A DNA stretch of 64,000 bases, from assembly GCA_021818445.1 (NCBI GenBank), contig JAKAEB010000005.1, positions 26,780 to 90,779 on the forward strand, given 5' to 3'. The DNA comes from Planctomycetota bacterium. Its GTDB lineage: Bacteria; Planctomycetota; Phycisphaerae; WQYP01. Numbering within the stretch: position 1 is the stretch's first letter; every line of letters begins with the position of its first letter. Shown piece after piece: positions 18,382-26,155 of this stretch. Below the pieces are notes generated by a model. The model did not search any database and was not told the DNA's origin. It worked only from the letters and a program-made list of their open reading frames with translations. A program made the position numbers and the translations under genes.

Positions 18382-19053
18382 TCAGACTTTGCGACGACGT
18401 AGCAGCGCCAGGCCGGTAGCGCCAGCAAACAACAAACTCGCGGCTGCGGGTTCCGGCGTCGGACTGATCGTTATCAACCCACCGGAAAGATCAAATTCAC
18501 CCGCTCCGCCGGCCGCATTCGTGAATGTCAGCGTGTAGCTGCTTTGGCCGCTAAAAGAACCGGCATCGACAAAGCTCGTGTCACTGTTTATGGCTGTCGG
18601 TGTGCCACCATCGATCGAAACTTGAGGCTCATTTCCCGTCTGGAAAGATTCAAGAAAGGAAAAATTGACCGTATCGCCGGGGGATACCCCGCTCAGCGTG
18701 GCCGTCAAAGGTGTGCTACCGTTTCCAAGGAAAAAAGCATTATTGAGCCACGCAATATCAGTCGTTGGTGTTCCCGACGTTATCCCATTTTGAGTGCTGT
18801 AGTTATTTCCGCTAATACTAAGCGTTGCGCCACTTGCACCTAGGGAATAAGTGGTGGTATTCGCGCTGTTAAACGGCGGTGCCGTAAACGTGGCAACGTC
18901 TACACCCGCTGCCCAACCGGTGTAGGCCGTGTAACCTGTGGGTGCAAATTGCAACCCGTAGGTGGTCGACGCGGCCGCCATGTGGCTGCCTGCCGAGATC
19001 GCGGCTGCCGCCGCAATGCTGGCCATCAACGCAATTCCATTCTTGCTTCTCAT
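18382..19053 (-). CDS. PEP-CTERM surface protein
   Basis: Signal peptide; Thr/Gly/Ser-rich body; C-terminal TPEPAAASLLFAGATGLALLRRRKV; GGAG before ATG 19053. Confidence 0.92.
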   Translation of the reverse strand: MRSKNGIALMASIAAAAAISAGSHMAAASTTYGLQFAPTGYTAYTGWAAGVDVATFTAPPFNSANTTTYSLGASGATLSISGNNYSTQNGITSGTPTTDIAWLNNAFFLGNGSTPLTATLSGVSPGDTVNFSFLESFQTGNEPQVSIDGGTPTAINSDTSFVDAGSFSGQSSYTLTFTNAAGGAGEFDLSGGLITISPTPEPAAASLLFAGATGLALLRRRKV

Positions 19054-19137
19054 ACGATACTCCATAAAAAGAGCAACCATCTCCCACTCCTGGTCCAAGC
19101 TGATATCAGCTCGAGAAAAAACCAGTGCGGCTAGAAA

Positions 19138-20160
19138 TCATTTTTCAACGCCTGATAAGAGAGGACCCGTTGACCCGTGGCACTCAAGCTGGGTTGCCAA
19201 TATCCTTCGCACGGCACTGTTTTGCAGTTCACGCCCCTTTTGAGAAAAGAGCAGGTCCAACGCCTCAAAGGCCACCCGCCCCAGTTCTCTGGCGTCCTGA
19301 CATATGGCCGTCATCGTCGGATGAACCATAAAACGAAGTTCGGCATCATCAAACCCGACGATGGATAAATCTCGCGGTATGCTCCAACCAATACTCTGAG
19401 CCTCCATCATGGCCCCTATCGCGGGCAATGGATCGGCAAAAAACAAGGCTGTTGGCCGCTCGGGCATGGCGGCAATCCGCCGAATCAATTGAATGCCACC
19501 CTCACGTTTCGCAGCGATACGGAAGATCATCCGATCATCCACCGGCAACCCGCGGCTGGTCATGGCTTCGCGGTAGCCAGCGATCCGGTCCAGATGATCG
19601 GAATCATCCACCAGATTGACCGCAATGGCGATACGTTCATGCTTCAAGTCTATTAGATGGTTAACAGCGTCGCGGCTGGAGGTCAGCGAATCGCTTCGCA
19701 CAACGCTGATACTATCGTTATCGAAATGTTCGCCCACCACCACACAAGGAAATCCCTCTTCGGCTATTTGCGTGCAGAGTTCCTTTGCTGCGGAGGTAGT
19801 GCGAAGCACCGCTCCGCGAATTCCCTTCCGCCGAAACATGTGTGAAAATGTTTCGCGTGGATGGACGGCCCGCTTTACATCCAAGATGACCAGATCAAAT
19901 CCACCCGCCTCCATGCGATCGGTAAGGCCTTCCATCAGTGCGGCGTCGAAAGGTGACCCGATGCTGCGGTCGCCCGCATATGCAAACGCAATGTTCATGG
20001 TTTCCCGCCGCCCGATTGTTGGGACATATTGGAGTTTGTTGGCTGCGTTGAGCACGCGCCGCCGCACCTCGGGTGCCACTAAAGGATTGTTATTCAGCGC
20101 GCGCGACACGGTCGCAGGTGAGAGTTTCAATTCCTTTGCGAGGTCTCGTATCGATGCCAT
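19138..20160 (-). CDS. LacI-family transcriptional regulator
   Basis: ASIRDLAKELKLSPATVSRALN HTH; IPRDLSIVGFDD and PTMTAI; GAGGT RBS. Confidence 0.95.
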   Translation of the reverse strand: MASIRDLAKELKLSPATVSRALNNNPLVAPEVRRRVLNAANKLQYVPTIGRRETMNIAFAYAGDRSIGSPFDAALMEGLTDRMEAGGFDLVILDVKRAVHPRETFSHMFRRKGIRGAVLRTTSAAKELCTQIAEEGFPCVVVGEHFDNDSISVVRSDSLTSSRDAVNHLIDLKHERIAIAVNLVDDSDHLDRIAGYREAMTSRGLPVDDRMIFRIAAKREGGIQLIRRIAAMPERPTALFFADPLPAIGAMMEAQSIGWSIPRDLSIVGFDDAELRFMVHPTMTAICQDARELGRVAFEALDLLFSQKGRELQNSAVRRILATQLECHGSTGPLLSGVEK

Positions 20161-20187
20161 GTTGACCACCTCACTGAAAAAAGTATA

Positions 20188-20209
20188 AACAGTTAATGAA
20201 ACTGTTCCA
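20188..20209. promoter_or_regulatory. Candidate LacI operator
   Basis: AACAGTT-N5-AACTGTT inverted repeat overlapping the near-palindrome TGAAACTGTTCCA, about 30-50 bp upstream of the LacI start. Confidence 0.45.
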
Positions 20210-20449
20210 GATTTAATCTTAACTTTTTGCGAAGGGAGTGTCAATGCGCCGGGCCACTTTTTCCGGCATTTTGTGCTTATCGGGCGCTTGAACAGAACCC
20301 TTTACAAATTTCTCCATTTTTATATGTTTGCGAATATAATCTGCCCTGTGCTGGTGCCCGCCAGCCATAAACCATGGGAGTTAGGCCCGGCGACGGTATA
20401 CTGTAGTTGTGGGTATGGGAGATGAATTGAAAGACCAAGGAGGTGTTCA

Positions 20450-22111
20450 ATGAATCGCAACTTTAATCTGATACGGGCTGGTATGCTGGCCGCCATCGTG
20501 GCTGCGGCTGTCACCCCGGTTTACGCGCAGGTTTATGTGCAGAACGGCAACGCTCAGGATGCCAATAATTTAGTAGGAAGCGGAGGCAGTAATACGCCCG
20601 TCCAAGGCTTTGTGCCGAGCAATCCGAACATTTACGGTTTGCAGAATTCGGGGGCCGCATTCAATCCCGCTGGCATGCCGCAGTTTTCGCGTGTCGTTCC
20701 GGTGCCGATCCCCGGTGGGGGCACGACATATGCCCAGATACCTGTTGTCGGGCAATCTTCTTTTCAATCGTCGGGTGTGTCGCCATCGCAAGTGCGTTTA
20801 AGCAGCGTCAGCGCGGTTAGCCAAGGTGTTTCCAGTTTGGCCGTGGGCCGTGCACTCAATGGTGCGGTCAATCCGAATCAAAGCTATTCGGCGCAGATAG
20901 GTGCGGGTTTGGGTGTCAGTTCCGCCCTAACAGGGATTGGTGCGGTCAATCAGGTTAATGCCCCCCTTAATGCCAACGGTCAGTATACGTCATACTTTAA
21001 TAATAATGTAAGCCTGCCCACCAATCCGCAGGCCTATTCCGGCATTTCAACGGGCAGTTCGGGGCAGATCAATCCCCTCTTTGGCCTTCGCCCTATGAGT
21101 GGTGCATTGATGCCGACGGGCAACCAATCCTCAAAATCGCGGTACCTCAATCGGGGCGAATCAAGTTTCAAGATCAATGGGAAGGTGTCGGGTAGCAGAA
21201 GTTTGGGCCTCGCATCTGTCCGCCCCACGAACAGTGCCATTGGCAAGCCCAATCAGGGGATGGTTGGCTATGTACCGCGTAAACATGTCCCGTCGGGGGA
21301 TTATTATCAGCGTTTGCTGACGGAATTAAGCACCGGGCGTCGATCCAAGATCGTTGCACCGGGTATCGGCGGTGCGTCAGCGATCACGAATACCACCCTT
21401 GCCCCTGTCAACAGTAAAAAAGCTCAGCAGCTAATGATTGATCCAATCACCGGGCTGCCCATCGCGCCTATTACCGCCAAGCGAACGGTGGGACAAACCA
21501 GCACCGGCGGCGTGGCCCCGAATGGTTCATCGAATGTCCCGCATGCGGTTTCACCCACCGGGTCGCAGAACTGGCTTACGCCCAAAACCCAGAAGATGCT
21601 AAGGGCCGGACGCCATGTGCCAGCCATCTCGCAACTGGCGGGAAGGACCCACAGCACCTTCAACCGCTTTATGAAACGCGGCCAGATGGATCTGAAACAG
21701 GGACGCTATATCGCCGCCCTTTATCGCTTTAATTCCGCGTTGATTGTCAACCCCGGCAACCAACTGGCCCGGCTGGCGAGAGCCAATACAGAATTGATGG
21801 GTGGCATGTATGCCAGTGCCTATGCGGACTTCAAAACGGTCTTTGCCCATCATCCGCGTTTCACCGCGCTGCGGTATAACTGGAACGCCATGCTGCCGCG
21901 CCACGCCGTTGAAAAAACGCAGACGCAGCTTAAACGCATGCTGCCTGATCAAAGTGATGCCGCCGCATTTTTGCTGGCCTACACCTATTACCAGACCGGC
22001 CACGATAATAATCTGCGGCAACTGCTTTCCCTTTGGGCTTCATGGGGTACGGGCAGTCTCTGGCCGTCCATTTTAAACAGGGCGTGGCTGATAAACCCCG
22101 CCAAACGTTGA
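20450..22111 (+). CDS. Secreted protein with a low-complexity G/S/N/Q/P N-terminus and TPR-like C-terminus
   Basis: AGGAGG RBS; signal peptide ending VYA; TPR-like segment GQMDLKQGRYIAALYRFNSALIVNPGN. Confidence 0.75.
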   Translation: MNRNFNLIRAGMLAAIVAAAVTPVYAQVYVQNGNAQDANNLVGSGGSNTPVQGFVPSNPNIYGLQNSGAAFNPAGMPQFSRVVPVPIPGGGTTYAQIPVVGQSSFQSSGVSPSQVRLSSVSAVSQGVSSLAVGRALNGAVNPNQSYSAQIGAGLGVSSALTGIGAVNQVNAPLNANGQYTSYFNNNVSLPTNPQAYSGISTGSSGQINPLFGLRPMSGALMPTGNQSSKSRYLNRGESSFKINGKVSGSRSLGLASVRPTNSAIGKPNQGMVGYVPRKHVPSGDYYQRLLTELSTGRRSKIVAPGIGGASAITNTTLAPVNSKKAQQLMIDPITGLPIAPITAKRTVGQTSTGGVAPNGSSNVPHAVSPTGSQNWLTPKTQKMLRAGRHVPAISQLAGRTHSTFNRFMKRGQMDLKQGRYIAALYRFNSALIVNPGNQLARLARANTELMGGMYASAYADFKTVFAHHPRFTALRYNWNAMLPRHAVEKTQTQLKRMLPDQSDAAAFLLAYTYYQTGHDNNLRQLLSLWASWGTGSLWPSILNRAWLINPAKR

Positions 22112-22202
22112 GCATGGTGCGCTGTCCATGCCAACTGAATTCAACCGCGTTTAATCCCGCATCTGCGGGGCGGGGAGCAGTCCAAGCAAGGATGTATCGA
22201 TT

Positions 22203-24011
22203 TTGACCAGCACCGAATCGACAACTTCAACCAGTGACGGTCCTGTGCAACTGAAGTCGGCCGAGCCGATACCCGATGCGTCGGCCGATAATGAAATCGC
22301 TGACTTGGTATCGCTTAAGGGTACATCCCTGACTGACTTTATTGATGCCGACACGCTTCAGGACATTCAAGACTCCCTCACGGCTGTGGCCCAGGTGTCC
22401 GCGTGCATTCGTGATGCCGGGGGAAAGGCGCTTACCCAGCCTACAGTCAGCCATCGGTTCCAGACTCGCTCGGCTGCCATTGCCGCGGCCCATCGAGATG
22501 GAGGGGTTGGCAATCAACCATTTTCCGCACCCATCATGGTGGCGGGGGTGCGACTTGGCAGCATCAGCATTGAACCGATGCGGCATCAGCGGGTTGATGC
22601 CGCCCGTGTCGAGCAACTGGCGGCCAAATTTTCCATTGACGCTTCTCAAGCCCGCGAATTACTGCAATTGTGCGTTTCGGAAACAGAATTGCAGCGGTCG
22701 GCAGGTATCCAATTTTTGCAACTTCTCGCCAGCGCCATCTCTCGCCTCTGTGAGCAGGAGATGCAGCTTCGCCGGCGCATTGTGGAACTTTCAACCCTGT
22801 TCCACATTTCCACGCTTACAGCCGAGGCACGCGGTTTGGCGCAGACCCTTGACCGGGTGACGCAAAGTGTCGCCCAGGCCATGGGTGCCAAAGCCTGCTC
22901 ATTGCGGCTGCTTGATGATCAGCGTGATGAACTGGTTATTAAAAGTGTTTACAACCTATCTGACGGCTACCTGAAAAAAGGCCCCATTATCGTCGACAAA
23001 AGCGGTGTTGACCGTGAAGCACTCGCTGGCAAGGTGGTACAAGTGGTGGACATGACCACCGACCCGCGCATCGCCTATCCGGATGACGCACGCCGTGAAG
23101 GCATCGCCTCGGTGCTATGCACGTCTCTTTCTTATCACGGCCACCCTATTGGCGTCATTCGTGTGTACACCGATACACCCAAGACCTTCACTTCTTTTGA
23201 GGTGAGGCTTTTGCAATCCATCGCGAATCAGGCGGCGGCAGCCATTGAAAATGCCCGGCTGCAGGAAGAGGCCATCGAGAAAGAACGTCTGCATCGGCAA
23301 GTACAAATTGCTGCGGAGGTTCAGCGCCGCATGATTCCACCCAGTGCCCCCATTATTAAGGGGTTCGACATTGCGGCACTGTATGTCCCCTGCTTTGAGC
23401 TTGGAGGGGATTTTTATGATTTTATTGAATTTGGCCCGCAGGCGCTGGGCATTGCGGTAGCGGATATTGTTGGTAAGGGGCTGCCGGCTTCAATACTTAT
23501 GGCGTCGGCCCGGGCATCTATTCGCGCCTATGCCAGCGATATCTACGACCTGGACGAAGTTATAAGTCGCGTCAATAAAGCCATTGTTGCCGATACGCAG
23601 CGTGGCGAATTTGTCACCCTCTGGTACGGCACACTGGAATTTAAATCCCGACGATTGACCTATTCCGTCGCTGGCCATGACCCTGCCCTGTTGTTGCGCG
23701 ATGGCACCATCCGTGAACTAGGATCCGGGGGCATGGTGCTTGGCGTTGACCCGCAGGAAAAATATGGCAAGCACATTCTGGATATCCGCAGGGGGGACTG
23801 CATCCTCATCTATACCGACGGCCTGACCGATGCCATGAATTTTGACGGTGAGTCCTTTGGCAAACAGCGCCTGCGTGACGCATACATTCGCTATGCCGAT
23901 TTACCGGCCGAGCAAATTTGTCGACAACTCGTGTGGGAAACGCGCCGATTTGTGGGCCTCAACAGTCGCGTTGATGACACGACTTTGGTTGTCATTAAAG
24001 CCGTGGAATGA
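22203..24011 (+). CDS. PocR-like + GAF + SpoIIE/PP2C (RsbU-type) phosphatase
   Basis: LTDFIDADTLQDIQD (PocR-like start); GAF; LGGDFYDF, IAVADIVGKG, AGH, YTDGLTDA and DDTTLVV. Confidence 0.9.
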   Translation: MTSTESTTSTSDGPVQLKSAEPIPDASADNEIADLVSLKGTSLTDFIDADTLQDIQDSLTAVAQVSACIRDAGGKALTQPTVSHRFQTRSAAIAAAHRDGGVGNQPFSAPIMVAGVRLGSISIEPMRHQRVDAARVEQLAAKFSIDASQARELLQLCVSETELQRSAGIQFLQLLASAISRLCEQEMQLRRRIVELSTLFHISTLTAEARGLAQTLDRVTQSVAQAMGAKACSLRLLDDQRDELVIKSVYNLSDGYLKKGPIIVDKSGVDREALAGKVVQVVDMTTDPRIAYPDDARREGIASVLCTSLSYHGHPIGVIRVYTDTPKTFTSFEVRLLQSIANQAAAAIENARLQEEAIEKERLHRQVQIAAEVQRRMIPPSAPIIKGFDIAALYVPCFELGGDFYDFIEFGPQALGIAVADIVGKGLPASILMASARASIRAYASDIYDLDEVISRVNKAIVADTQRGEFVTLWYGTLEFKSRRLTYSVAGHDPALLLRDGTIRELGSGGMVLGVDPQEKYGKHILDIRRGDCILIYTDGLTDAMNFDGESFGKQRLRDAYIRYADLPAEQICRQLVWETRRFVGLNSRVDDTTLVVIKAVE

Positions 24012-24181
24012 AAACCCCATCGCAAAACGTCGGCTCGCATGCGGACGGGCCAGGAGCCTGTCCGAGTAATAACAGGGATTGTGACGTATGGATTTTGGCG
24101 GGCACAAAAAGCGGGGACGAAGGCGTATCGGGCGAAGGTGATACGTCGCACCCGCCGCGTCCACCGGCCGATCTAACGCAT

Positions 24182-24209
24182 TTGTAGTTTGCGTTTTGAC
24201 CGGTATAAT
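24182..24209 (+). promoter_or_regulatory. Candidate sigma70 promoter upstream of the nusA operon
   Basis: TTGTAG-N16-TATAAT. Confidence 0.45.
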
Positions 24210-24638
24210 CTGATGTTTGGCTGGTGGGTTGGCTATCCATCGGCGTGTGTGGCTCGGATAGAGGTTCGACGTGCAAACATTACACGTCAATAGAGTTGGC
24301 ACATGACGCAGCGTGAAAGTATAGCGCTTTTGGCTGCGTATTGGCACCCGGCACAACGGCCCGATAAATATCGGCGTGGTGTATGCATCGGGGTCTGGCT
24401 GCAGGATTTTTGTTAACATTTCTGCGGCCGTACCGTTCCGGTGTGGCTGCGTTTTTTAGCGTTAGTTGGGATGTCGGTTGTGGGTGGATGCGGTTTCTGC
24501 CGCATTTGACGTTGGGTTTTATAGTTCGGATCGGCCGCTTGGTGTGAGGCCGCAAACCGAGCCTGACCCGCGCCGGTGGTAATTTATGAATGCCGGGCAT
24601 TTGGTGGTCGGCGTAACTCCAAAAGGATTGGACAAACT

Positions 24639-26021
24639 ATGAATCAGGAATTGCTGCGAATCATCGATTCAATCGCCCGGGACAAAAATATCGAAAAAGA
24701 TTCGGTATTTACAGATATAGAGGCGGCGTTGATGTCGGCTGCCAAAAAGTTCTACGGTGAAACCGATGACGTCCAATGCAGCATCGATCGCATGAGTGGC
24801 GAAATTGAAGTCCGTAAAAACGGCGTCCTGATTGAATACCGTGAATTTGGCCGCATCGCCGCCCAAACGGCCAAGCAGGTGCTTATCCAAAAATTACGAG
24901 AAGATGAACGCGGCAGCATCATGGATGAGTTCAGCGACCGGAAGGGACAGATCATCACGGGTACCGTTTCGGCCTCGGACGATAAAATCCCCGTCGTCAC
25001 TGTGAACTTGGGCCGCTGCGAGGGGTTTCTGCCCCGCAGCGAACAAATCCCCGGCGAAAAATACGATGTGGGGCAGCGTATTCGGGCGTTGGTGCTCGAG
25101 GTGCGTCCGGCCGGCAATCATGTCAAAATCGTTCTCTCGCGTTCGCACCCCGATTTCATCCGGCGGCTGTTTGAAATTGAAGTGCCGGAAGTGCAGGAAA
25201 AAGTAATCGAGATCAAATCGCTGGCGCGTGAGGCAGGGTATCGCACGAAAATTGCCGTCTCGTCCATGGATTCAAAGGTGGACTGCATCGGCGCATGCGT
25301 TGGGGTGCGCGGCAGCCGCATTAAAAACATCGTTGATGAACTCGGTGGCGAACGTATCGATATCGTTCGCTGGAATGAATCGTCGCAGATGTTCATTGTT
25401 AACGCCCTGAAACCCGCCGAAATAGTTAATATTTTCCGTAGCTATGAACTTGCCCGTGCAGTAGTGATTGTCGATGAGTCCAAACTCTCTTTGGCGATTG
25501 GTAAACGCGGTCAGAATGTCCGTCTTGCCGCCAAACTCACCGGTTGGGAGCTTAGTATCTGCACGCCGGAAGAGCTTGAAGCACACCGCAATGATCTGGC
25601 GGCCATCACCAGCCAGATCGATAATCTTCCTGAGCACTTTGTAGATCGCCTGCTTGAGTTCGGTATTATTCAGGCGGAAGAAATTGAGGAAGTCGGGGCC
25701 GAGCCGATTGCCAAGACGCTCGACATCCCGCTGGAGAAAGCCGAGCGGATGATTGAAATTGCCCGAGTGTATCTGAAGGAAAAGGCTGCCTCGGAAAAGA
25801 AGCGGGCGCAGGAGCGTGCCGCCAAGGCAGCCGATGATGCGGCTGGCGAAGATGCCATTGAGCCCGTCGCCGCCGAAATTGATGGAGCGGCTCCTGCTGC
25901 CGGGCCGGATGGTACCGGATCTGCCGCTTCAGCCGTGGCGGCCGCCCCGGACGCGGTGACGGATGAGGTTGCGGGAGGTGAAGGCTCATCAGCCGAGCCT
26001 CAGGAGCATGCCTCGACTTGA
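24639..26021 (+). CDS. nusA: Transcription termination/antitermination factor NusA
   Basis: FGRIAAQTAKQV, AREAGYRTKIAV, GACVGVRGSRI and LAIGKRGQNVRLA. Confidence 0.97.
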   Translation: MNQELLRIIDSIARDKNIEKDSVFTDIEAALMSAAKKFYGETDDVQCSIDRMSGEIEVRKNGVLIEYREFGRIAAQTAKQVLIQKLREDERGSIMDEFSDRKGQIITGTVSASDDKIPVVTVNLGRCEGFLPRSEQIPGEKYDVGQRIRALVLEVRPAGNHVKIVLSRSHPDFIRRLFEIEVPEVQEKVIEIKSLAREAGYRTKIAVSSMDSKVDCIGACVGVRGSRIKNIVDELGGERIDIVRWNESSQMFIVNALKPAEIVNIFRSYELARAVVIVDESKLSLAIGKRGQNVRLAAKLTGWELSICTPEELEAHRNDLAAITSQIDNLPEHFVDRLLEFGIIQAEEIEEVGAEPIAKTLDIPLEKAERMIEIARVYLKEKAASEKKRAQERAAKAADDAAGEDAIEPVAAEIDGAAPAAGPDGTGSAASAVAAAPDAVTDEVAGGEGSSAEPQEHAST

Positions 26022-26155
26022 TGGTGTAATGTGCAGATAGTTTTGGTGGCGTTAACTACCCACGGGTTGGGATGGCTTTAACACAGTGCCGCTAAAGCGA
26101 CTAAGATTGATGATATGAAGCGGCAATTGGCGTTTTGAAATTTTTGGAGTCCTCG

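Noticed and set aside
24012-24638. tRNA-Met or rimP before nusA
   Set aside because: No cloverleaf around the GTTCGA near 24264, and no RimP-like ORF.
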